DNA of 63,731 bases, the filler included, from Octopus bimaculoides (Eukaryota): the NCBI RefSeq assembly GCF_001194135.2. It is 4 parts of 4 records of this genome, joined end to end, with 100 filler letters (N's around TTAATTAATTAA, not from the genome) between each part and the next. Parts side by side here need not be neighbours in the genome. Positions count along the whole stretch, not along the records: positions 18,955 to 38,888 come from NC_068992.1; 3 more parts are not named here. One strand, 5' to 3'. Below are positions 26,073-37,490 of this stretch, piece by piece. Each line of letters starts with the position of its first letter. The first letter of the stretch is position 1. A model generated the notes under the pieces. That model made no database searches. It was not told the origin of the DNA and saw only the letters and a list, made by a program, of their open reading frames with translations. Made by a program: the position numbers and the translations under genes.

Positions 26073-27136
26073 CATACATATGTGTGTGTGCGTGTGCGTG
26101 TGTGTGTATGTCTGTATGTATGTGTATATACATATATATATATATATAGGTAGATATAGATATGTATAGATATAGATATATGCATGTATGTATGTGAGTG
26201 TGTGCGTGTATGCATATATATATATATATATATATATAATTGTTTTGCTTTTCCAATAAAATAAAAGTTACAAAATTAAGAAGAAATCAAATTATAATGA
26301 ATAATTGATTAAAGAAGAGAAAATATATATAAATAGGAAGCCGGTTCGAGAAATAGCATTTCTAAATCTGTTTAACTAGTCTTTAGAAGGTGTAGTCATG
26401 TTAGTAATTCAGGCAACGTGAATTGAGCGGGAATCTATGCTAAAAGTATTTCTAGCCGCAAGACAAGTTATTTAGTGAAGCGAATAAAGACGGCCATTAA
26501 ATGCTTGGATAATCAGCTTGATCGACAACACCTCTTGACTCTAAGTCTAAATTTTCTTATATAAATAGCCCAAACGTTCAATCTGTTTGTTTGTTGACCC
26601 AGCTCTAAAGCGAAAAACCTTTCAAAATTTGATTCGATTTCATCAGTTGTTTTGAAACAATCTAAAAACTCTTCGATGCAACAGCTAACTGTGTGGATAG
26701 GGTATAAAGATTGCCAGACAAATAATCATTAGTAATGTTGGGTGGTCGGAGACTGGCTCTTTGCATTTGTTTTCACCACACTTTTGCCAATAACGATTTT
26801 AGTTTTTATTTACTTTAATTCGCCGTCATTCAAATTCGGTTAATTCTGATAGGGCAGACGTAGTTTCCTAAAGATGATACTGCAAGTGAGAGGTGTAAAC
26901 GGCATCAGACTATTACTGTCAATAAAGTAGGAACAAAATAGCCGAACTGATATAATAATAACCAATTTGTTCATATGTATTACTTGAATCCGCAGCAAGC
27001 ATTTCTTTGTAATGTGTTTACGATATGTCCCTTTATTCTAGATACCTCAAGTCACCAAGTTCGATTCCAAACAGTGACCTGAACAATGATAATAATAATA
27101 ATAATAATGATAATAATAATAATAATAATAATAATG

Positions 27137-27164
<28 letters not shown>

Positions 27165-27167
<3 letters not shown>

Positions 27168-27342
27168 CATCGAAAAATACCTTAGGAATGAGAACCCAGG
27201 TTCGAAATTTCCCTAAGACACCTGATGAAAGCTGGAGGATATATCAGCCGAAACGTTGTGTTAACAACAAACAAGATGAGGACAAATATCCGTCAAATGT
27301 AAATAATGTATATAATTCCTCATCTCTTAAATATTGAACTGT
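27165..27342 (+). mobile_element. Penelope-like terminal repeat / non-autonomous derivative, downstream of an (AAT)n tract
   Basis: Contains a minimal hammerhead motif, and a partial second copy lies at 24842-24948. Association of such motifs with PLE terminal repeats is established knowledge. Confidence 0.65.
27217..27262 (+). ncRNA. Minimal type-I hammerhead ribozyme-like motif
   Basis: Stem I GACAC/GTGTT; core CTGATGA (27222-28); stem II GCTG/CAGC; GAAA (27250-53); palindromic stem III ACGT; H17=U at 27257. Confidence 0.75.
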
Positions 27343-27756
27343 AAATTACCTTATATTTATTTACGACCAAATAAAATCATTGATTCCCTATGTTGGATTG
27401 TCTATCGCCTTCGACGATGAGCATTCAGTTTTTCGAGGAATTAAACTCTTGCTCGGGAAATAATCGAGAAAGCGACGCAGATACGTCTACTCTCAACGGA
27501 ATGCTGAGTTCGAACCAGAATTATAGGAAGAGGCAAAGCAGAGCAATGAAACTTTGAATTTCAGGTGCAATAGGGAGGAACAGGAAGAGAATGAGGGAGT
27601 CAGAATAATAATTGAGTGCAGTATTGAACTGGTACTTTATTTATCGGCCTCGAAACGATAGAAGACAAAGTTGATATATGAAGTCAGATGCAGAAAGCTA
27701 GAATAAAAGCTACAAAGCATTCTGTCCCACGCCAAGTTGGCCACCTTAATAGCTAT

Positions 27757-28115
27757 CTGTTTAAACCCTTCACTTCTAATGGAACATAGGTCACTCATGA
27801 CTATTCTCCATTGTCCTTGACTCTGGACAGATTTTTCTGCTTCTTTCCAGTTGGGTCCCAGCTTTTCCAGCTCCGCTTCAATATCCTGCCTTCTTAGGGG
27901 AAGGTCTTCCTTTCCGAAGCCTTTTTGGTTTTGAATTGTCATCAATGCTTCAGTAACTTTTTTTGGGTTTTTTTCTAGGTACGGGTGTTGGTCCTACGCA
28001 AACCCATTTTTACCATTGGTAAGAGATGGTCACTATTAGGACTCTATCCTTTAACCTCTCGGTACGGGAGACCCTAGCAAGAGCTTGTACTCCACTGACA
28101 TAGCTCTCTGTCGCT
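27757..28115 (-). mobile_element. RTE-clade LINE derivative: ORF C-terminus (27760-27920) preceded by an RTE 5'-UTR-like segment
   Basis: EDLPLRRQDIEAELEKLGPNWKEAEKSVQSQGQWRIVMSDLCSIRSEG matches the RTE RGRP..TWRR..E..L...G.W.EA....Q.R..WR..V..LC end. The upstream gagagctatgtcagtggagtacaagctcttgctagggtctccc...gggtttgcgtaggaccaacaccc...gttactgaa resembles recalled RTE 5' UTRs. Confidence 0.7.
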
Positions 28116-29142
28116 TTTACTGTGTGGTGGGCCTTAATAACTATACAAATTTATTTATACACAAATTTATTTATGGCCCTCGGCCAATGTCACAAATCAA
28201 TATTGTAATGCCGTAAATAAAGGAAATAAGATCACAATTATCAGAATAGTTTCAGCATTGTTTTTTTTTTATTTGCCAATCAACCCCTTTCCTGAGAAAT
28301 ATTGATTTTCAAGAGCATTTATAGTCTATTGAATAAATCTTAGTTTATTACTGGTTGTTGTTATTGATGTCTGAAGATTGAAAAGCACAGCTGACTTTGA
28401 GAGGATTCGAACTCAGATTCTTGACCAAAATTTCAAACCTATAGATTCCGTCTGTAATAAGCATTTATAACCGTCACTACCCAGGCCACACATCGAGGCA
28501 TAGAACACAGGGAATTATATCAGTATCTGTTTTCGGTTGGTCTGCTTATTTTATTTCATTTTCTCAATTACGGAATAATGGGAGTCAAATTTGACTCCGG
28601 TGCGATTCGAACACTCGACATAATTTGTTTTAAACTCGCAGAACACGCAAAATAATGTTAGTATTGTTGCCCTTTTGTCTGACCCTGAAGCCAAAATACT
28701 GAGCTTCTTTTCTTATTTGAAGTATATAGACTAGTGGATCGAGACCAGTTATTCCTGGTACATTAATTTGTAGATATACTATATTAAGAAAGATGCTATC
28801 ACTTCTAAGAATATAGTTAATTGAATCGATGAAGAAAATGTTTCCTTTTACGTTATGATTTTTGTTCAATTGAATTAATGTTTTCAGCCATTTCCTAGAT
28901 ATTAACAAACAAGATTTTCATTTCCTCTTCTGTAAACTTATATGGCCCGTTCTTTTCTTTTTGTATAATATTTTATGTTCTTCAGTATTGAAAAAATCCA
29001 AATTCACATCAATAAGTTATGGAGAATATAAACAACTGCATGGAAACTGTTAAAATACGAGCCTGGGGGGTTTCATAAAATACTTCTTTAACTAAAATCC
29101 TCGCCGTCCCTTGAGCGGCTTCAATATATTATATAACTTCAG

Positions 29143-29792
29143 TAAGGCGGCGAGCTGGCGGAAGCGCTGAGCAAAATGTTTAGAGGCATTTTCGTCCATC
29201 TTTACGTTCTTGGTTCAAAATCTGCCGAGGTCAACTCTGTCTTTCATTCCTTTCGGGGTCGATAAAATAACTATCTATTGAGCACAGGGGGCTATGTAAT
29301 CGATTTCCTCCCCACCTCCCAACATTGTTGGCCTTGTGCCTAAATTTCATACCAATTTAAGGCGGCGAGCTGGCGGAATCGTTAGCACGCCGGGCAAAGT
29401 ATTTAGCGGTATTTCGTCTGTCGGTATATTCTGGGTTCAAAATCCACCGAAGTCGACTTTACTTTTTATTCATTTCGTAATCGATAAAATAAGTACCAGT
29501 TGAGCACTGGGGTCGATGAAATCGATTCCACCCCACCCACCTACTCCCAAAAAGAAGATTGCTGGCTTTATGTCAAGATTTGAAACCAATTTAAGGCGGC
29601 GAGCGGGCGAAATCGTTAGCACGCCGGGCAAAGTGCTTAGTGGCATCTCATCCGTTTGTACGTTCTGGGTTCAAATTCCTTTGAGTCGTCTCTGCCTTTC
29701 ATCCCTTTCGCGGTCGATAAAATAAGTACCAGTTGAGCACTCACCCACCCAACCCCGAACTTGTCGGCCTTGTGCCAAAATCTGAAACCAAT
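29143..29792 (+). mobile_element. Head-to-tail trimer of SINE family 2 (starts at 29143, 29358, 29592)
   Basis: Each unit starts taaggcggcgagc(t)ggcg and ends ...a(t/a)accaat. The junctions read ccaatt|taaggcgg with no spacer. Confidence 0.9.
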
Positions 29793-29904
29793 GTTTTTAA
29801 TCCATCAGATTTATTCCTTCAAATATCTGTTGCTTTGTTATTGTTGTTATTGCTGTTGGTTATTATTGTTGTTGTCTATCCCTCATTGGACTATAAAAGA
29901 GGTA

Positions 29905-30430
29905 TCGACAAAAAATTGGGGACTGCGATGGGTATGCGAATGGCCCCCTCCTTTCCTAACCTGGTCATGGGGTACCTAAAAAAATCAATTCTTATCGTAA
30001 GGTATAAGAAAAATACGGAAACCCATCCTCCCTGTACATAGAAAATAACTGGAAAAGATATCTAGATGACTGTTTCATTCTTTGGCACGAAAGTATAGAG
30101 AGACTTAAAGTATTTCAAGCACTTCTGAATGGACTTCACATTCAATTTACGATGGAATATAGCCACCAACAACTTCCCTTCCTCGACATCTTCATTAAGA
30201 AATCCAACAACAAAATAGAAATAGACATATACTACCACGGACTCCAAGCAATATCTGCCGTTCAACTCATACTACCCCAGACATACTAAAATGAATATCC
30301 CTTACAACCTGGCAGAAAGGATTTGTACAATTGTATCTGATACAAGCACGAGGAACACAGGACCACATGAGCTAAAGTATACACTCGTCAGCAGGAACTA
30401 CCCACAGTCACTAATTGATATAGGCTTTCG
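29905..30430 (+). mobile_element. Penelope-like element reverse transcriptase fragment (frameshifted)
   Basis: KLGTAMGMRMAPSFPNLVMGYL...NWKRYLDDCFILW...IQFTMEYSHQQLPFLDIFI...DSKQYLPFNSYYPRHTKMNIPYNLAERICTIVS contains the PLE GTAMG and RYLDD motifs. It is a different family from 21440. Confidence 0.9.
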
Positions 30431-30467
30431 ACTCAACATCCACGATTACAACTCAGCATCCACGATT

Positions 30468-30712
30468 CGTATTCTTTTAGTGTCTCGCTGACCAGGCCAA
30501 TATACCTGTGGCTTAACACTATGACGGTGACATCGTCCGTGTATGCAGCCTCGCTCTTCCCGCATCCCAGTTCTCGCGGGATGCCCCTCAGCGTCGCCAG
30601 CTTTCGCAGTAGTGGTTCTAGAGTCAATACATACAGAAGTAACGAGAGAGGACATCTTTGACGGACTGAACGCGTGAAGTTAAATGGTCTAGATAGATGG
30701 CCATTTACCCGA
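30468..30712 (-). mobile_element. L1/Tx1-clade LINE RT fragment
   Basis: GHLSRPFNFTRSVRQRCPLSLLLYVLTLEPLLRKL...AAYTDDVTVIV...ETLKEYE, matching the RQGCPLS and YADD motifs of L1/Tx1 RTs. Confidence 0.85.
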
Positions 30713-31069
30713 ACTAATTAATTAAAATATAAAAGATATTAACATGTAATATCAACTGGAAAAAGTCTACATATCCGTTGTCATCTTCTTCAACCAAAAA
30801 TGGCTTCTTTGAATTCCAGAAATTGTTCTATTACTGTCACATTTGTTATTATATTTTAAGTAATCGCTTTGCTTCAGTCGGCCCTGCTCGAGTAGTAGGT
30901 TATGGCCAACCCGTATCCATACTATACTCTCGAAATTCTGCATCCTCTCCCTACCATCCACCAGGGCTTGATTTGAGCAAAGTTTGGCTGCTATTACGAG
31001 CAGATTAAAAGACAACATAAAAATTCACTCGTTGACTTCAACTTACAGAATTTTATAGTGTGTCAATGC

Positions 31070-31320
31070 GCATGGGCTAGTACTTACGGTGTTGGGATTA
31101 CGAACGTTAGCTCGCGGTTTCGATTTTCGAACCAGATGGAGTGTTTAGAGCAAAGTTCTTCATTTCACGTTGTTCCAGTATACTCAGCTGAAACTGAGTA
31201 CCATTGTGGCACCTGGACCTCACTCCTGCGACGGACTGGTGTCCCTTTCAAAGGTGGGGAGCTTTATACTTTAATCCTAAATGTCTCGAAAACTCTGGAT
31301 AAACATGGAGGTTCGAGGAA
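31070..31320 (+). mobile_element. SINE family 3 (tRNA head plus V-SINE-like segment), degenerate
   Basis: Shares tcatttcacgttgttccagt..actcagctga and ctgcgacggactggtgtccc with 38641-38880. Confidence 0.6.
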
Positions 31321-31551
31321 GACTTCTACTTTAGAGTGGAAGAGAATTCAAAGAATAAATGAAGTGAAATATCTCCGAAGAAGTATCAAAACCGGAGTTA
31401 GACATTCCTTGATTGTATAAGTTTCTTTTATTCTACAGTTTAATCTACAATAAGAAAAACAAATTGCATTATATCTACAAGATAACAAAGAATATTGCCT
31501 TTGTTATCAGATACTAAAATTACCACGATAAAGATTTCTGAAAGCAGTTCG

Positions 31552-31610
<59 letters not shown>

Positions 31611-31949
31611 TTGAAGTGTAAATCTTTCATATCTCTTGTCAACAATTGATTCTTAAAATGGAATAAACAAAAAAATTTATTTCAAAAGACTTTTTTTCTC
31701 TCTCTCTCTCTTCAGAGACACACAGTCGTTAAAGCTATTTATGTAATTGTTAGTTTAGCAATGAAAAACGACAATGTTATTTTTCTTTCCAATACTTTGA
31801 AGCTCTGACGCTAATAGTTGTGATATGTCAAAGAACGTTAGGAGAGATAATGAAATCTGCTACGTTATATATCATGGTGGAATATAAATTTCAATTAAGA
31901 AATATTCATTGAAAACAAAATTCAATGTCTAAAATTTTATCTTTTATCT

Positions 31950-32105
31950 TTTGCTGGCTCTAGTCATTGGACTGCGGCTTTGTTGGGGCACCGCCTTTAA
32001 GGGGCTTAGTTGAACAAATTGACCCCAGTATATTTCTTGTTTAATCTGGCACTTATTCTGTCAGTTTCTTTTGCAGAAGTGCTAAGTTACGAGGACGTAA
32101 TCAAA
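31950..32105 (-). mobile_element. SINE family 1, 3' fragment
   Basis: tagtcattggactgcggctttgttggggcaccgcc...gctaagttacgaggacgtaa matches the family body. Confidence 0.7.
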
Positions 32106-33110
32106 ACAACATATATATATATATATACTTTTATATGTATATATANNNNNNNNNNNNNNNNNNNNNNNNNNNNNNNNNNNNNNNNNNNNNNNNNNNNNNN
32201 NNNNNNNNNNNNNNNNNNNNNNNNNNNNNNNNNNNNNNNNNNNNNNNNNNNNNNNNNNNNNNNNNNNNNNNNNNNNNNNNNNNNNNNNNNNNNNNNNNNN
32301 NNNNNNNNNNNNNNNNNNNNNNNNNNNNNNNNNNNNNNNNNNNNNNNNNNNNNNNNNNNNNNNNNNNNNNNNNNNNNNNNNNNNNNNNNNNNNNNNNNNN
32401 NNNNNNNNNNNNNNNNNNNNNNNNNNNNNNNNNNNNNNNNNNNNNNNNNNNNNNNNNNNNNNNNNNNNNNNNNNNNNNNNNNNNNNNNNNNNNNNNNNNN
32501 NNNNNNNNNNNNNNNNNNNNNNNNNNNNNNNNNNNNNNNNNNNNNNNNNNNNNNNNNNNNNNNNNNNNNNNNNNNNNNNNNNNNNNNNNNNNNNNNNNNN
32601 NNNNNNNNNNNNNNNNNNNNNNNNNNNNNNNNNNNNNNNNNNNNNNNNNNNNNNNNNNNNNNNNNNNNNNNNNNNNNNNNNNNNNNNNNNNNNNCAAGCC
32701 CTAGCCAGGCGGCGCTGCTGACTATCTGCTCGAAGGTTATTTATACTCGAAGGTTATATATATATACTTTTATATGTATATATTTTTAGAGGCTGAATGC
32801 GAGTTCGTCCGTCAGGTTGGAATAATTTCCAAAGATTTCTAACGTTGTTAGAAAACTGTAATCCATTTAAACATATAATCTCCTCCATTTACATAAATAT
32901 GAATGAATTTGTTGAATTGTGTTTAATAAATTAAATCATACACTTGATATATATTTATACATAACGAAGGCAGCTATACGCAATATGAAACCAAAAAGGA
33001 AAAATTCAATTGTCACTAACTGATGGTGCCAGGTAGTATCTATATTGCCTAGAAATAAGAGTTAAAACCCTTAGAGCCACAAGAAAGCACATTTTCATAT
33101 ACTGACAGTT

Positions 33111-33469
33111 GGGATAACCGCCCTATAAGCGAAGCTAGATCACTATGGTAGACTAATTTCGTGTAAAAATTATAACCTCGTCATTTACCACATAAATTAA
33201 TGGCTGATTTAGAAAACTGTAAATGCGAAAATTATAAAATAACGAAGGCAGCTATACATGCTATGAGACCAAAAACGAAAAAAATCAGTTCTCACATTAG
33301 CATTTTGCTAAATCAGCCATAAATTTTTATGGTAAATATAAATATCTACTGACAGTCGGATTTAACCAAGCCATTCGGCGATGTAGCTGTCACTACTGAC
33401 GAACTTGTAATTTTCAAACGAAACTAGTCTAGTATAGTGATCTAGCTTCGCTTATGGGGCGGTTATCTC
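33111..33469. mobile_element. Fold-back element: 76-bp outer inverted arms plus ~32-bp inner arms, each outer arm carrying a hammerhead-like motif
   Basis: 33111-33186 vs reverse complement of 33394-33469 gives 64/76 matches by hand alignment. Inner arms are 33185-33216 and 33303-33335. The loop holds a copy of ataacgaaggcagctatac, also found at ~32960. Confidence 0.85.
33392..33433 (+). ncRNA. Minimal type-I hammerhead-like motif in the right arm (degenerate antisense partner at 33147-33188)
   Basis: ACTA CTGACGA acttg taattt tcaaac GAAA CTAG TC TAGT: stem I ACTA/TAGT, palindromic stem III ACTAGT, C17 at 33429, imperfect stem II. Confidence 0.6.
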
Positions 33470-33780
33470 TCTTGTAATTATATATATATATGAATTTTTT
33501 AAAAGAGGTTTGTATGATAGTGTATAGAGGAATATATTATTCAAAAGAATTCCAACTCTTTCTGTTTTTTGTTTTATTTATATTGTTATAAAATTAATGT
33601 GGGATATAGAATATGGAATATATAGTATATATAGTAAAATGAAATGAAGTATTGAATAAATGAAATATTGAATGTTAAATATATAAGGATTACCGATAAA
33701 AGTATTAGTCAGAGGATAGATAGCCCTAACAGGAAGTGCGGTGGGTGTGTTTATAGATATCATTGAGTGGAAGGAAAAAG

Positions 33781-33832
<52 letters not shown>

Positions 33833-34577
33833 CACTTAAGTGCTGCGAGATTAATAACCTAGTGTCGAGCTCAATTTGAGAATGAAGTGTTAGTCGAGTA
33901 TAGAGCGTTAATAAGAAAGAGAGATGGCACAGGTATAAATGATTATCTTATGAACTGCATTATCTTACAGTTATTTCTGCTATAGGATGCAGTGGACTCA
34001 TAGTTGTGTGCTTGATTAACACCGAATAGCTTCATCGGAGCTTCGGATATAAAGTGTGCTTAATGTTCGAGGCTCTGATGAAGCTATAAAGTGTTACTCA
34101 GGCACTCAGGTACGAGTCCACTACATTCTAAGCTAAAGAAGTTCATAAGAGAATCATCTATCCCTTAGTCATCTCGTTTTCTTTGATGTGTGTATGTGTG
34201 CATGTGTGCGTGTGTTCTTTTATTTTTTTTTTATTTCAACCGTATGGTTACGGCCATGCTGAAGCACCACCGTGATTTTGCTCTTTTAGGTATGTTTTTC
34301 TATTTTTTTTTTTGACTGATTTCTTGAGGGTGGTGAGATTTTTATGTACTTTTATGTACTTTTCTCATATACAAATACATAACAATACACATACTTATAT
34401 ACACGCGTGCGTGTGTGGTGTGTGTGTGTGTGTATTTTTGTATACAAGGACGCATGTATTTAATGTTTGTTTTTATGTCGAGTTATATGTATAAACAATT
34501 TATCATTAAACTACAGAGTTGCTCAATTTTCTATATTAGAGTATAATTAGAATTATAAATTTTACAAGAAAATGGTT

Positions 34578-34620
34578 CACAGTGACTTCGAAGCTTCAGC
34601 TCACCCGCTTTCATCATAAA
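34578..34620 (-). ncRNA. Degenerate hammerhead-like motif (CTTCGAAG family)
   Basis: Minus strand reads aTGATGA A AGC gggtga GCT GAAg CTTCGAAG TC ACTGT; the 3' half is identical to that at 13274-13288. Confidence 0.45.
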
Positions 34621-35523
34621 AGTGTGTGTGCATGCGTGTGTATACAAGCGTGCGTGCACGTGTGTATGTATGTGTGTGTGTATACATACATTCACACATA
34701 TGTACGTGTTACGCAAAAGGACACTCACACTTACATTCACGTGTGTATGTGTAATAGTGTGTGTGCGTATGCTTGTGTGCGTGTGTGTGTGCATGTGTTT
34801 GTGTTTGCGTGCGTGTACGTGCGCGTGAAGACCTCCTGAAGTCGAACGGAGACTGGACTGTAGGCAGTTTCTCATTCAGGAAAATTTGAATTAAGACTTG
34901 TTTCTGTAAGGCTGCGGAGAGGCAGAGCGCGGAGAATGAGTAAATAGTTGGCTCTATCTAGTTCCATGATTCTAAGTTTCAAGTTCGAGTCCCAGCAGAC
35001 CGGCTTTGATTTCTAGTTTTCCAGTGATTGAGAAAAATAGGTTTTGGTTTATTCAAATTATTTTAGACTAATTTATTTACTGATGTTGCAACTTTTTTGA
35101 AGCCATTGCTTTAAATTCATATCCACAAGTGATTATAACTAACTGAAATAGACAGTGGGAGCAATGGATAATTGGAAAATGTTTCGTTGCCTCATTCAAT
35201 TAAGTTCAACTTCCTCTGTAGATGTAGTTTGAGCATAATGGTTCATAAGGCTGAATTTCCACGGACCTGCCATCTGATGGCCAAAGCATTCACCTTAATT
35301 CTGTATCAGAGGCAATAACATCACGCAGAAGAAAACATAACGTGAAAGTGAGTCAATGAAGGCGTCTCTAAAATTATCAGATCACCATGCAAGGAAGCTT
35401 GGGCAAAACACTCGAGCAGGAAATGGTTACCGTACATTTTTGTAATGCGCACAGAAACTGATAAAATAGTTTTTAATCATGCGATGCAATCAATCTTTTC
35501 ATTTTGATACAAGACAGACTGAC

Positions 35524-35563
<40 letters not shown>

Positions 35564-35576
35564 GGATAGATAGATG

Positions 35577-35644
<68 letters not shown>

Positions 35645-36480
35645 CGATGAGTTTCATGTTCATATTACTTTTCCAAACGCAAGCTTATTGTCAGATAGCG
35701 TTGCAAGCTTGTAATTAGATAGTTAAGTGTTTGCGCAAATATGACAAACTCGTATTCGATATAAATTGCTTAAAAGTGAATAAATTGTTTTGTGCTTGAA
35801 ATAGGGAAAATACTAATATTTCGAGCAAAACATTTCATTTTCCCCCTCTCCCGATTTCCCTTACGTGGCAGTGGTCAGCTTAAATCTGTGGTAGAAGATA
35901 CTTGCTCATTATGCTACGCAGTGAGAGTGAAATCAAAACCAAATGGCTGTGAAACAAACTCCTTAACAACTTAGCTATGCCTGCACGAATCCTTTACAAA
36001 GACTTTTGATGTTTGTTTCTTTGTTAGGAAATCTCAAGAAAATCCGTTGATGTTATCAACATGGAATTTTGATGACATTCGTAATACTAATGGCAATTAT
36101 TTCCGCCATTATAATACGGACGCGATATTTTTTTTCTCGTGAATGGAATAATTAGTGCTCTCATTGGTTCTAATTTTATTGAAGAATGAAAATGAAAGCG
36201 AAATCTTATGAGAGTTAAATTCATGGCCAATAAGGACCAATCAACATACCAATGAGTATTAATGTTCCGGCGCTCTAGCGTTTCTGCTACTTCGGAACCA
36301 TCTCACTTCAATAATAATGTTATTGGAAAGAGATGCGGTATATTTAAATGAATCTCTTTATTTTATTCATTCAAATCCCTCCATCACTGAGTTCACTTTC
36401 CAAGCCTCTGGATTTGATAAAATAAATACCACTCTTGAATAAACCTTACACAAAATATATAGATTTGTGCCAATATCATC

Positions 36481-36549
<69 letters not shown>

Positions 36550-36550
36550 A

Positions 36551-36605
<55 letters not shown>

Positions 36606-37302
36606 CAGTAATAGGAGAGAATGTGTCAGAAAAATGTAGAGCCTGTGGTACGTGGAACGAGACAGTGGCACACATTCTGTCAGAATACCCCCAAGTTGGC
36701 ATAGGAAGAATATAAGAAATGGATGCACGACCAGATTTTTAAAGTTTTACACTGGAAACTGTGACAGAAATGGGGATTTGAATCTGGAAACACGTGGAAC
36801 AATTATTGAGTCGAAAGAGTAGTAGAGTCGGAGAAATGTAAGATTTCATTGGACTTTCCAATTCAAATGGACACGAAATTAGAAAACAATAGACTAGATA
36901 TTACAATCATAGATAAGGAAAAATGAAGTTACTTACTTATCGACCCATCGTGCACATTTGATTCCAGGATCGTCAAGAAAGAAGAAAAACAAAAAAATAC
37001 AATCCCCAAAAATTTGAAATGGGAAGAATCTAGAGCATGTTAGCAGTAAAGGTCAGTCCTATAATAATTGGTGCGCTGGGATCAGTAAGCAAAGATATAG
37101 ACAAATGGCTGAGGGAGATTGAAATAGAATTCCCGGAAGAGATCCTACAGAAAGTTTGTTTCTTGGGAACAGCAAGGATTATCAGGAGGGTCCTAAGCGC
37201 TTGAAAGACTGCCAAAAACTTGAGGATACCTAAGGTTATAGGTAGTAACCCGCTATCCACATAATCCCTACCAGGAATAACACTGAACCTGAGACAAATC
37301 AA

Positions 37303-37353
<51 letters not shown>
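36606..37353 (+). mobile_element. 5'-truncated R4/Dong-like RLE-type non-LTR retrotransposon 3' end with (AAT)n tail
   Basis: KCRACGTWNETVAHILSE (CCHC knuckle remnant)...HDQIFKVLHW...NNRLDITIIDK...LIDPSC...PIIIGALGSVSK...LQKVCFLGTARIIRRVLS*, then a 3' UTR and (AAT)n at 37296-37353. Confidence 0.88.
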
Positions 37354-37354
<1 letters not shown>

Positions 37355-37359
37355 TCAAT

Positions 37360-37490
37360 ACTTTCTGCTACGGATACAAGGCGTGGAATGTGGTGGGGAG
37401 TGGATTACATTTTGTTTGACTGGTACCTAATTAATCGACTCTGAAAGGATGATCACCAAAGTCAAACTCGGCGGAATTTGAACTATAACA
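37360..37490 (-). mobile_element. SINE family 2, fragment
   Basis: ctggtacctaattaatcgactctgaaaggatga...aaagtcaaactcggcggaatttgaact is the reverse complement of the family core. Confidence 0.75.
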
